DNA of 64,000 bases from an uncultured Cytophagia bacterium (lineage in GTDB: Bacteria > Zhuqueibacterota > Zhuqueibacteria > Oleimicrobiales > Geothermoviventaceae), in contig CAZXXS010000056.1 in NCBI GenBank assembly GCA_964644845.1, forward strand, positions 1 to 64,000, in the 5' to 3' direction. Below are positions 33,715-43,215 of the stretch, in pieces. The first letter of the stretch is position 1. Each line of letters starts with the position of its first letter. The notes beneath the pieces are model-generated. The model saw only the letters and a list, made by a program, of their open reading frames with translations. It was not told the DNA's origin and ran no database searches. The position numbers were made by a program, and so were the translations under genes.

Positions 33715-35400
33715 ATGAAGGGCAAAGCACTTGTCGCTGCGCTGGCTGTTCTTTTCCTGGCTGCGACGTTGCCTGGGCAGATCTTTGCACAGGCTCCGGA
33801 CACAGTGGTGGTGCCGTACATGATCGATGGCAACCCCCTCGGTGCCATCAACAAGTTCATCATGGGCGACACCACGGCCACGGGTGAGCGTGTGAATCCG
33901 AACCGCGTCTACAAACTGGAGCGCGGGAAGATCTACTTCTTTGACGCAACCATGGAAGTGTACTTTGACTTGAAGCTGATCGCGGACGACGACGACCCGG
34001 ATAACCCGACTCCGCCCCCGATCCTGGCTCGTGGTATCCTGCCGGATGGTAGCTCTCCGGGTACCTTGATCAAGCTGATGAGCGGGAACGGCTACTTCAA
34101 GAATCTGTACTTCCATGCTGTCCGTCCCGACCAGCAACCGCCAGGTTGGACCACCTGCGTCCAGTTGCGTGCTGACAGTGCACGCTACGTGTTCGAAAAC
34201 TGCGTTTTCGACGCCTGGGGTGGAACCGCAGTGCGGAACTACGCCAACTGGACCAAAACGTACATCTACGACTGCGTTTTCCGCAACATGATTCACCCGA
34301 CCGGTTGGTTTGGTGGCTCTTGCTACCTGAGCAATCCCGTGCCGACCGACACGATCGTAATGATCAACAACACGGAGTTCAACTGCGGTTCTTACCTGTA
34401 CGTGCCGAACAGGGAAATAAACCGATATTCTCGAATCGAACACAACACGGTGTTCACTACACACGTGAATGTGTTCTACGCGCCGTACGTGTCGAACGTG
34501 ACCTACGCCAACAATATTCTGTACAGCGTTTGCACGATGGCGCAGCGCGATGTGGAAATCGAAGGCGGTTGGTTTGACTGGGATGGCGAGATTTCGGGAA
34601 TCGTGAGCATCGACACGATTCCGCCGGACATCGCCAGCCGGGAAGGCATCACCGAGGCCGATCGGCGGGTCTGGTTCCTGAACAACGAATACTTCTGGCC
34701 GCAGAAGGTGAAAGATTTCTGGGCCAGCGCCGACACTCTTACGCCGCCGGTGTGGATCAACGATCGTACCAAAGCCATGCTGAATGACAAAGAGCACTGG
34801 CCCAACTTCAAGGTGGAAGGCAACATCGAGGCGGATCCGGGCTTCAACGACGAAATGATGACGGTCGTTGACAGTCTGCTGAAGTACTGCCGTTTGCTCC
34901 GTACCGGTCAGCAACAGGACTACCGCCACTACTACGATCCGGACCACGATCTGTTTGCGGTGCAATGGCCGCTGCCGGAGGACCTGACCTACTCGAACAC
35001 GGCCTTGATGACTGCCGGTACGGACGGCCTGCCGCTGGGTGACCTGAATTGGTACCCAGACAAGAAGGCGGAGTGGGTAACCAGCGTGAAGCAGGATCCG
35101 AAGCAGTCGCACATCCTGCCGAGCAACTACACCCTCTCCCAAAACTACCCGAACCCATTCAACCCAGTCACCACGATCTACTACCGCCTGAGCAAGAAAG
35201 AGCACGTGAAGCTCGGCATCTACAACATGCGTGGCCAGCTGGTGAAAATGCTGGTGGATAAAGATGTACCCGCCGGCGTGCACAGTGTCAAGTGGGACGG
35301 CACGGACGAGTCGGGTTCGCGGGTCTCCAGCGGCGTGTACATCTACCGCATGGAAGCTGGCAACTTCAGGGCTTCCAGACACATGATTTTCCTGAAGTAA
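33715..35400 (+). CDS. T9SS-secreted protein with right-handed beta-helix (pectate-lyase-like) region and C-terminal Por/T9SS sorting domain
   Basis: AGGAGG lies 10 nt upstream. It has a signal peptide (MKGKALVAALAVLFLAATLPGQIFAQA). A parallel beta-helix is suggested by repeats (NCVFD..., NTEFN..., HNTVF...). The C-terminal roughly 80 aa (NYPNPFNPVTTIYYRLSKKEHVKLGIYNMRGQLV...GVYIYRMEAGNF) match the T9SS type-A C-terminal domain. Confidence 0.75.
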   Translation: MKGKALVAALAVLFLAATLPGQIFAQAPDTVVVPYMIDGNPLGAINKFIMGDTTATGERVNPNRVYKLERGKIYFFDATMEVYFDLKLIADDDDPDNPTPPPILARGILPDGSSPGTLIKLMSGNGYFKNLYFHAVRPDQQPPGWTTCVQLRADSARYVFENCVFDAWGGTAVRNYANWTKTYIYDCVFRNMIHPTGWFGGSCYLSNPVPTDTIVMINNTEFNCGSYLYVPNREINRYSRIEHNTVFTTHVNVFYAPYVSNVTYANNILYSVCTMAQRDVEIEGGWFDWDGEISGIVSIDTIPPDIASREGITEADRRVWFLNNEYFWPQKVKDFWASADTLTPPVWINDRTKAMLNDKEHWPNFKVEGNIEADPGFNDEMMTVVDSLLKYCRLLRTGQQQDYRHYYDPDHDLFAVQWPLPEDLTYSNTALMTAGTDGLPLGDLNWYPDKKAEWVTSVKQDPKQSHILPSNYTLSQNYPNPFNPVTTIYYRLSKKEHVKLGIYNMRGQLVKMLVDKDVPAGVHSVKWDGTDESGSRVSSGVYIYRMEAGNFRASRHMIFLK

Positions 35401-35433
35401 GCCAGCTCTACGCGGGCTGAGACAAGTTCGCCA

Positions 35434-35471
35434 AACGGGGCAAGACCACGGGTGTCTTGCCCCGTTTTTTG
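35434..35471 (+). terminator. Rho-independent terminator after the T9SS-substrate gene
   Basis: ACGGGGCAAGAC-cacgggt-GTCTTGCCCCG followed by TTTTTT, a perfect GC-rich stem with a U-tract. Confidence 0.8.
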
Positions 35472-35525
35472 TAGGAAGAGACGAAACCTGTTTCTCGTAC
35501 GGAAGAAAAGGAAAGTGAGGCCGAA

Positions 35526-36578
35526 GTGGACACGACGCTCAGAGTCTGGACCTGGATGCACCCACCCGTGGACGACACCGAGCAAAAACTGGAAAAACGT
35601 TTAAGGCGCCTGAAAACCGGAGGTGTGGACGGCATTTTCCTGCTGGTTTACGACGGTCGGAAAGCCTTTTTCGAGAGCGGTGTGCTTCCGGTAGACAGCG
35701 ACCAACTGACGCGCGTCCTGCGGATCGCCGATCGGTTGGGGCTCGAAGTGCATGCCTGGATGTTCACATTGAACTGCAATGTGGACTGGGTCAAAGAACA
35801 TCACCCGGAATGGTTCGTCGTGAACAGGAAGGGCCATTCTACACTGGTCGAGCGTCCGTACGTGGAGTACTACAACTGGTTGTGCCCGAGTCGGGAGGAA
35901 GTGATTGGGTACGTTCTGTCCGTTGTGCACGAAATTGCGCGGATACCTGGACTCGCCGGCGTTCATTTGGACTACATCCGATTCCCGGATGTGATTTTGC
36001 CTAAAGGGTTGCATGCCCACTACAATTTGGTTCAGGACAGAGAACTTCCCGAGTACGACTACTGCTACTGCGAGGTCTGCCGGAAGGCGTTTCGCGAGGA
36101 AACGGACCGGGATCCCTTGCGAGAAAAGGATCCTTCACAAGATGAAGCCTGGCGGCGGTTTCGAGAGAAGCGAATCACGCGCGTGGTGGAGCTGGCCGCG
36201 GCGGAAATTCAAGCCGCAGGTAAACAGACCACCGCTGCGGTCTTTGCGACGCCATCGCTGGCCAGGCAGCTGGTGCGCCAGGACTGGCCCCGCTGGCCAT
36301 TGGACGCGGTTTTCCCGATGATTTACCACAAATTCTACGACGAACCGCCCGAGTGGATCGAGACGGCCGGACGGGAAGGGGTAGAGGCCTTAAGGGGAAG
36401 AATTCCTCTCTTCGCAGGGGTGTTTGTGCCAGAGCTCCCGGGAAACCTAGCCGGTGAGGCTCTAAATTTGGCGTTACGAGGAGGTGCGCAGGGTGTTTCT
36501 CTTTTCTCTGCAGAGGCATTGACGGACGAACAACTGGCGGCAGTGGCAAAAGCCAAAGAGACCGCACTGTCGACCTGA
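35526..36578 (+). CDS. Cytoplasmic glycoside-hydrolase-like family 10 (GHL10/PF02638-type) protein, paralogue of 7689-8825
   Basis: No signal peptide. It is collinear with the upstream paralogue over most of its length. Shared blocks include WFVVNRKG/WFMVNRKG, YNWLCPSREEV/YTWLCPSREEV, GVHLDYIRFPDVILP/GVHLDYIRYPDVILPP and YCYCEVCRKAF/YCYCKVCREKF. Confidence 0.6.
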   Translation: MDTTLRVWTWMHPPVDDTEQKLEKRLRRLKTGGVDGIFLLVYDGRKAFFESGVLPVDSDQLTRVLRIADRLGLEVHAWMFTLNCNVDWVKEHHPEWFVVNRKGHSTLVERPYVEYYNWLCPSREEVIGYVLSVVHEIARIPGLAGVHLDYIRFPDVILPKGLHAHYNLVQDRELPEYDYCYCEVCRKAFREETDRDPLREKDPSQDEAWRRFREKRITRVVELAAAEIQAAGKQTTAAVFATPSLARQLVRQDWPRWPLDAVFPMIYHKFYDEPPEWIETAGREGVEALRGRIPLFAGVFVPELPGNLAGEALNLALRGGAQGVSLFSAEALTDEQLAAVAKAKETALST

Positions 36579-36579
36579 G

Positions 36580-36597
36580 TTGCGTTGCAACGCAAGG
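36580..36597. repeat. Near-perfect 16-bp palindrome TTGCGTTGCAACGCAA immediately after the stop codon
   Basis: Read directly from the sequence. It could form a short hairpin or serve as a dimeric regulator site. No U-tract follows. Confidence 0.3.
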
Positions 36598-36890
36598 CGA
36601 CTGAAGCTCGAATATGTGCACTTTGTGTTCTGGTGCGCGTCCAGGCGGTTGTGAGGGGGAGGGCAAATGGGATGGAGGGGTGTTAGCGTCGACGTGGATT
36701 TGGGACTGGTTGGCAAATTGCTCCGGCGGCGTGGCATCTGACCCGTGGAGCCGCAGCGAGAGTAGTTTGGTGATCTTGTTGGGAGGAATATTTGCCCTGT
36801 GTTCTCGTCCTGTGACTACCACGTCACGCGGGGGCCCGTGTGTTGCCGGCTGTGTCGGGTTCCAAGGCCAGAATCTGGGAGGCTTGAGGC

Positions 36891-39431
36891 ATGATCGGAG
36901 GTTTGAGACGGACTTTCGCTCTCCAAGTGATCTTGATTGTCGCGGGTGCCCTGTGGATTTCGTGCGGCAGAACGAAGGTAGCCGTGCAAACACTGTTGCA
37001 CTGGCGCATTGTCGTTCCCGGCGATGCTATTCCGAGCGAGCAGTACGCCGCGCAAGAATTCCAGACGCTGTTCGAGCAGGCCACGGGAACTCGACTGCCG
37101 ATTGTGCACCGGGCGCAGTTGCCAACGGGAAACGTGTTCATCGGGGAGTCGCCGGACATGCGGGGGAGTGATGTCGGTTTTGCGACGGAAGGTTTCGGTG
37201 AAGAAGAGTTGGAGATTCGCCTGAAGCCTGACAACCTGGCCATTGCGGGAGGAAAACCAAGGGGCACGCTCTACGGCGTGTACGAGTTTTTCGAGCGCTT
37301 CCTGGGAACGCGCTTTCTCACGAAGGACTGCACGTACTTCCCGGCGGATGTCGGAGAGTGGAAACTTACGTGTCGCAGGTGGCACGCGAAACCGGTTTTT
37401 CTTTACCGGAACGTGTATTTTGGCGAAATACAGAGGAATCCCGGGTTCGCCACACGTCTGCGCGTGAACACGGTGACGGATTCTGCCAAATACGGTGGCC
37501 GCACGTCCCAGCAGTTGATCAATCACTCATTCTACAGGTTGGTTCCGGTGGCGAAGTACGGCAAGGCTCACCCGGAGTACTACGCTCTTGTGAACGGGGA
37601 GCGGAAATTACAAATGTGGGGCGGCGGACCGCAACTGGATGTGTCGAATCCGGAAGTGGTCGACCTTGTCACACAGGCGATTTTGAAGGAGATCGAGGAA
37701 CATCCGGAGTGGCGTAACTACAGCGTGAGCCAAAACGACAACGATCAGTATTGCCACTGCGATTCTTGCGAAGCGATTAACCGCCGTGAGGGCACCCCCA
37801 TGGGAGCTCACCTCCGTTTTGTGAACCAGGTGGCTCGAAGGGTGGCGCGAAAGTACCCGAACAAATGGATTGGCACGTTGGCGTACTGGTACACGCGCAA
37901 ACCGCCGAAACACATTAGGCCGGCGCCGAATGTACAGATCCAGCTGGCGGACATCGAATGCTGTCGGCTGCACGCGATCGATGACCCAACCTGTCCAAGA
38001 AACGCGCCTTTCCGGGAAGAACTGGAGGCGTGGAGCAGAATCACGAGAGAGTTGTACATTTGGACCTACGCAACTGACTTTCGGTACTACGATCTGCCCA
38101 TCCCGAATCTGAAGAGCATCGGAAGAAACATCCAGTTTTACGCGTCCCACAACGTGAAAGGTGTTTTTGAGCAGGGCAACGGTAACGTTCTTGCCGGGGA
38201 GATGAGCGACTTGCGGAACTACGTCATTGCGCGCTGTCTGTGGGACCCGACACTGGACAGCTGGTCAGTGGCCAAAGAATTCTGCGACTTGTACTACGGC
38301 AAAGCAGCACCGATTGTTTGGGATTACCTGAATTTCGAGCACGACTGGGTGGAAAAACACGGCGACCACCCCACCTGCTTTGCGAATCCGCGGATGCTGG
38401 GTTTGAACCGCGAATTTGCTTTGAAGGCGTTTGATTTCTTCAAACGCGCTCTTGAGGCGGCCGAGAACGACACGATTCGGAAGCGGGTGGAGAAAATATC
38501 GATCACAGCCTACCGGACGATGATGGAGGCAGGTGCCAGGTTCGTCTACCGGGACGGGCGTTTACGACGGGAGTATCCCCCGGGCTACGAAAACGTAGTT
38601 CAGCAGTACATTGCTCTCGCGCACAAGATTGGTCTGACCTCACCTGGAGAGGGGATGAGTTTTGCGGAGTTCGAGGAGCGCTTGAAAGAAGCGTACATTG
38701 CCGGGATCCCGGCACTGAAGGTTGAGAGCCCGGTGTGGAAATTGATTGCGATGCCGGGAAAAAACGGCAAAGTGGTGGTCATGGAGCACAAACCGGACGG
38801 GCGGCAGTTGCTCCAGATGTTACAGACGAATTTCGATTACGGTGCTCTGGATGAGTTCCCTGCCGACGTGGTGGACCTGAGCAAGATCCGGTTTGCCTAC
38901 ACGGGCAGCGTGGAAGGCAACCGCCTGGTCATGCGACTGCGGTTGTCGGACGGATCCAGCATTGAGCGGCGGATCTGGCTGTCGGACGGGCGCCCCGACG
39001 AGGTCTTCTGTAAGACAACCATCGTTCATCGCGGCGCCAAGCCGAGAGCTTATCAATTTGTAGTGCATCCGGAATTCTGGACCGGTACCTCGTCAGCCGA
39101 CTGGAACGTGTTGAGCGCGTACGTGTACTTGAATGGACACTGGGAACGCTACAACGACAGCCTGCGTGCCGCCAGTGGACCCAAGACACACCTTCTCATT
39201 GAGGCTGTGAATGGCGGACGGCACGCGTATTTCAATCACGAGGCGGGATTTGGTGTACTGGAGACGTACGATCCAGCCAAGTTTGAGCGCTTGCGTACCT
39301 GGTGGGTTCCGGATGAGAGCTTGATCAATTTGGAGATCTTGACCAAACGGGTCACACTTCACCGAGGCGAATCGTTCAGCTACACGTACGCCTTTCAGTA
39401 CCTGACGAAATGGCCGCCGCCGGCCGAGTAG
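36891..39431 (+). CDS. Secreted (possibly lipoprotein) DUF4838/GH20-like putative glycoside hydrolase
   Basis: GGGAGG lies 10 nt upstream. The signal peptide ends LWISCG. An 846-aa body carries a YCHCDSCEAIN Cys motif and TIM-barrel-like segments. The DUF4838 assignment is from recollection of the family, not a database search. Confidence 0.5.
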   Translation: MIGGLRRTFALQVILIVAGALWISCGRTKVAVQTLLHWRIVVPGDAIPSEQYAAQEFQTLFEQATGTRLPIVHRAQLPTGNVFIGESPDMRGSDVGFATEGFGEEELEIRLKPDNLAIAGGKPRGTLYGVYEFFERFLGTRFLTKDCTYFPADVGEWKLTCRRWHAKPVFLYRNVYFGEIQRNPGFATRLRVNTVTDSAKYGGRTSQQLINHSFYRLVPVAKYGKAHPEYYALVNGERKLQMWGGGPQLDVSNPEVVDLVTQAILKEIEEHPEWRNYSVSQNDNDQYCHCDSCEAINRREGTPMGAHLRFVNQVARRVARKYPNKWIGTLAYWYTRKPPKHIRPAPNVQIQLADIECCRLHAIDDPTCPRNAPFREELEAWSRITRELYIWTYATDFRYYDLPIPNLKSIGRNIQFYASHNVKGVFEQGNGNVLAGEMSDLRNYVIARCLWDPTLDSWSVAKEFCDLYYGKAAPIVWDYLNFEHDWVEKHGDHPTCFANPRMLGLNREFALKAFDFFKRALEAAENDTIRKRVEKISITAYRTMMEAGARFVYRDGRLRREYPPGYENVVQQYIALAHKIGLTSPGEGMSFAEFEERLKEAYIAGIPALKVESPVWKLIAMPGKNGKVVVMEHKPDGRQLLQMLQTNFDYGALDEFPADVVDLSKIRFAYTGSVEGNRLVMRLRLSDGSSIERRIWLSDGRPDEVFCKTTIVHRGAKPRAYQFVVHPEFWTGTSSADWNVLSAYVYLNGHWERYNDSLRAASGPKTHLLIEAVNGGRHAYFNHEAGFGVLETYDPAKFERLRTWWVPDESLINLEILTKRVTLHRGESFSYTYAFQYLTKWPPPAE

Positions 39432-39688
39432 CCAAGTGTGCTACCGGGAGGTCCGCTTGAAGGACGTCTCTGGGCGCTGAAATGGCGGGCTGGGCAGGAG
39501 GCTTTTTGGGTGCCTCCTGGGAAATGTGAAGCCGTAGCGTATTTCGGAAGCCTCAATTACCAGGGGACGCACTGCCTGACCGGAGGAATGGACTGTGGAA
39601 AGGGTCTTCCGCCAGTAGCTTGCGTAGCTTCAGGGCCAAGGTCAGGATGGGGTTGGTTTCGGAGACTAAGAAACCGAGGAGGTTGCAC

Positions 39689-41143
39689 ATGAGGCTGATC
39701 TGTTTGTTTGCAGGACTGATGTTGCTGGCCGTTGTGGACGGCTACGCTCATCCCAGCGATCAGAAGTACATTCCTGACCCTGATCCCGCCATTCAAAGGC
39801 GGATCGAAGCCTGGCGGGACCTGAAATTCGGCCTCCTGATGCACTGGGGACCTTACAGCCAGTGGGGTGTTGTGGAGTCCTGGTCGATTTGTTCGGAAGA
39901 CGAACCGTGGTGCAAAAGGCCGTACGATGACTACGAGCGGTACAAGCGCGAGTACGAGCGTCTGAAACTTACGTTCAACCCCGTCAAATTCAACCCCGAG
40001 AAATGGGCCAAAGCTGCCAGGGAAGCTGGGATGAGGTACGTGGTGTTCACGACCAAACATCACGACGGCTTTTGCATGTTCGACACGAAGTACACCGACT
40101 ACAAGATTACGGCCCCGGATTGCCCGTTCAGCAAGGACCCACGAGCGGATGTGACGAGAGAGATTTTCAACGCTTTTCGAAAGCAAGGTTTTTGGATTGG
40201 GGCTTACTTTTCCAAACCAGATTGGCACTGCGACTATTACTGGTGGCGCCGTTTTGCTACACCCGACCGCAACGTCAACTACGACATCAAAAAGTATCCG
40301 GAGAGGTGGGAGAAGTTTGTTCAGTACACGCACAATCAAATTCTGGAGCTGGTGAAGAACTACGGTCCGCTGGACATTCTGTGGCTGGACGGCGGTTGGG
40401 TTCGCCGACTTACGGACAAACAGATCCAGGCGGCCATCAACAGTCCCAACTACAAATTCACCCACATCCAGAGCCAGGACATTCGAATTGAAGAGCTGGT
40501 TAGGAAAGCGCGCGAAGTGCAACCCAACCTGATTGTGGTAGACCGGGCTGTGGAAGGACCGTACCAGAACTACTTGACCCCCGAGAACCGCGTTCCAGAA
40601 CAGATGTTGCCCTATCCCTGGGAATCGTGCATTGTGGCCGGAGGCGGGTGGTCGTGGCGCCCGAACGCCCAGTACAAATCCGCGCGCCAACTTGTCCACA
40701 TGCTGGTGGACATTGTAGCCAAAGGGGGCAACCTGCTTTTGAACATCGCCCCGGGGCCAGACGGCACGTGGGATGCGGCGGCCTACGATCGCCTTGCGAA
40801 AATCGGTGCCTGGATGCGGGTTAACAGCGAAGCCATCTACGGGTCACGTCCAGTGGCGCCGTATTTCGAGGGGAAAGTACGCCTCACCCGGGGCAAGGAC
40901 GGGTCGGTTTACCTGATCTACCTTGGTGACGAGGACGAGCACACGCCCCCTGCCGAAATTGCGGTTTCCCGCTATCAACCGCCAGAGGGAGCTGTCGCCA
41001 GGTTTGTAGGCGTGGATTCCAGGCTCACATGGCGCGGGGTTGGTAGTCGGGGCGTGGTTGTGGAAATCCCCGAATCCATTCGCGACAATCCCCCGTGCGA
41101 CTACGCCTGGACGGTGAAATTCACACCGGGAGCGACGGAGTAA
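39689..41143 (+). CDS. Alpha-L-fucosidase, glycoside hydrolase family 29, secreted
   Basis: GAGGAGG lies 7 nt upstream. Signal peptide MRLICLFAGLMLLAVVDGYA. GH29 hallmark segments are FGLLMHWGPYSQ, YVVFTTKHHDGFCMFDT and ILWLDGGW. Confidence 0.8.
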   Translation: MRLICLFAGLMLLAVVDGYAHPSDQKYIPDPDPAIQRRIEAWRDLKFGLLMHWGPYSQWGVVESWSICSEDEPWCKRPYDDYERYKREYERLKLTFNPVKFNPEKWAKAAREAGMRYVVFTTKHHDGFCMFDTKYTDYKITAPDCPFSKDPRADVTREIFNAFRKQGFWIGAYFSKPDWHCDYYWWRRFATPDRNVNYDIKKYPERWEKFVQYTHNQILELVKNYGPLDILWLDGGWVRRLTDKQIQAAINSPNYKFTHIQSQDIRIEELVRKAREVQPNLIVVDRAVEGPYQNYLTPENRVPEQMLPYPWESCIVAGGGWSWRPNAQYKSARQLVHMLVDIVAKGGNLLLNIAPGPDGTWDAAAYDRLAKIGAWMRVNSEAIYGSRPVAPYFEGKVRLTRGKDGSVYLIYLGDEDEHTPPAEIAVSRYQPPEGAVARFVGVDSRLTWRGVGSRGVVVEIPESIRDNPPCDYAWTVKFTPGATE

Positions 41144-41436
41144 AGGAACCGAACTCCAGGCAGGATGGAATTGATTTTCGAAAGAGATGCGCCACTGGAA
41201 GGCCCCTTGAAAAGTATTGAAGCCCTGGGGCTTGCGGACCGCACCGGGGTTTGCACTGCAGATGAGTAGCGCCCTCAGCCGAATGCCAAGCCGCCGTCGC
41301 AGCAGATTTGCAGGGGGGACAGGGTCGGCAGGGTGAGATTGCGCTGACCGTACAGCTTACCCTGTGGCACTTCGGGGTAAATCCTCCTGTACAGTGGGCA
41401 AACTCGCGGCGCCGTTGAAATTCAAAGTGGACAATG

Positions 41437-42813
41437 TCAGCTGCGGGTTTGGCGCCTGTCCAGGGAATCTGTTACCGCACGGTAAATCAGCAGCGCTACG
41501 AAAGCCGCCAGGCCAATGCCTGCGTACACGTACCAGATGACGTGCGCGTGGGCGTAAGCCGCTGGCATGGGCCCGTGGCCGGCCAGAGCGGCGGCGTGTT
41601 GCGCTTGTTCCGCTGCTGAAAGTGTGTGAGGATCAGGGCAAAAGGCGTTCAACAAGTAGCCGGAGATGGCAAAGCCAAAAAGCCAGGCGAAGAACGTGGT
41701 CAAGTGGGCGTAACCCATGTAGAGGCCGACCTCGTCTTTAGGGGCTTGTTTGGACGCGTACTCGTAGAAGCGAGGCGAAAGAAAACATTCGGCCAGGCCC
41801 TGAAGCGCGATGCCCAGGATCAGCGCCACCGTGACCGGGTGCAGGTGGACAAAGCCGAGATGCACGGGGTTTCCGAACAAGCGAGCGAAAAGCGGGCTCA
41901 GGCTAACGGTGAGGGCGGAAAAGGGGATGATGAGCAGTGCGATCGCGATTGAGCTTACCGGCCGAAGCTTGCGAACCAGGTGGGTGATTGGGACGACGAA
42001 AATAACGACCACAAGGGGATTGATGTTCGCTAACCACTCCGGTGCCGCATGCTCGCCGATGAGCCGCAGGGCGTACTTGGGCATGGTGGCGTACAATTGA
42101 CCCTGGATTGTCCAAAAACCGGCCACGATGAGAATCAGGATCATAAAACGCACGTTCTGTACAACCCTTACCAGCCCACGCCATGCCTCTCGCAGACTCT
42201 TACCCATGCCGCTTGTGTCCACGTTGCGGTAGAGAATCACGATCACTGCAAGGGCCAACAGCGACATCCCCGCTGAGTAAAAGTTGATGTACTTCAGTCC
42301 AAGCTCAGTGCGCAGCGGTTTGGCTACGGTTTTCCCAAAAAACGCGCCGATGTTCACCATTTGGTAGAAAAGGGAGTAGGCGCGTGCTCGGTTGATGTCA
42401 TCAGAGGTTTTGGCCACGGTACCGGAAATGATCGGCTTCACGAATGAACCGCCGAGCATGATGATGAAGAGCGAAAGCAGAGCTGTTACTTTGGTCTGGA
42501 AAGCGCCCAGGAGACCGTAGCCCGCAGCGAGCAACGCGAAGGCGATGATGAGCGCCCGGCGGAAGCCGAGTTTGTCGGCTAAGGCGCCTGTAAAGGTGGG
42601 GGCCAGGTAGAGTAACGAGGCAAACCAGGCGACGACCCAGCCAGTCTCGACGTCGGTGAAGCCGACCTCACGTGTCAGGTAGAGGGTGAGAGTGATGAAC
42701 ACGCCGTAGTAGGCAGCGCGCTCGAAGAGTTCGATGACGTTGGCTGTCCAGAATTCTCGGGGGAATCTCCAGGTGAGACCTGAGCTGCTGTTTGAGGACA
42801 TGCGGTTACCCAC
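41437..42813 (-). CDS. POT/PTR2-family proton-dependent oligopeptide transporter (MFS)
   Basis: The ELFERAAYYGVF signature (ExxERFxYYG) sits near the N-terminus, with 12-14 TM helices. Confidence 0.8.
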   Translation of the reverse strand: MGNRMSSNSSSGLTWRFPREFWTANVIELFERAAYYGVFITLTLYLTREVGFTDVETGWVVAWFASLLYLAPTFTGALADKLGFRRALIIAFALLAAGYGLLGAFQTKVTALLSLFIIMLGGSFVKPIISGTVAKTSDDINRARAYSLFYQMVNIGAFFGKTVAKPLRTELGLKYINFYSAGMSLLALAVIVILYRNVDTSGMGKSLREAWRGLVRVVQNVRFMILILIVAGFWTIQGQLYATMPKYALRLIGEHAAPEWLANINPLVVVIFVVPITHLVRKLRPVSSIAIALLIIPFSALTVSLSPLFARLFGNPVHLGFVHLHPVTVALILGIALQGLAECFLSPRFYEYASKQAPKDEVGLYMGYAHLTTFFAWLFGFAISGYLLNAFCPDPHTLSAAEQAQHAAALAGHGPMPAAYAHAHVIWYVYAGIGLAAFVALLIYRAVTDSLDRRQTRS

Positions 42814-43215
42814 GATTACGATTCACGACTGCCGTTGCCATTTGACCAAGTTCCAGCAAGCGTGTTTCCGTAGAGGCCCTGCAGCGTTCATCGGCGCCAC
42901 CCCCGTTTTGTGGCGTCCGTCGATGCGGGTGCATCCTTGACCGCTGGGTTGTGGCGAGGACCTCGGGTTCTTCCACGTTTACCAACAAACTCGCGCCGCC
43001 GAAAGTGCGTTTGTTGCGGAACCGGACGCTCCACCGCGACCGAATTGCAACGGAACGTAGCGCACAGGTTGCGCAGGGCGCTTCTTCACTGTGCTGCTGG
43101 TAAGTGGATTGTAAGCCCTCGCCCAAAAACACGTAGCAAGGCACCTTGCGCGTTTCGTCAGACGTTCCCGATTCCACTCCGGCGCGGAGCGGGGTGTGAC
43201 TGGACTTGAAAGCCG

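Noticed and set aside
33694-35382. 562-aa minus-strand ORF of the same length as the T9SS-substrate gene
   Set aside because: Antisense shadow ORF typical of high-GC DNA. The plus-strand product has a signal peptide, a beta-helix and a T9SS C-terminal domain. The minus-strand translation is low-complexity and Arg/Val-rich.
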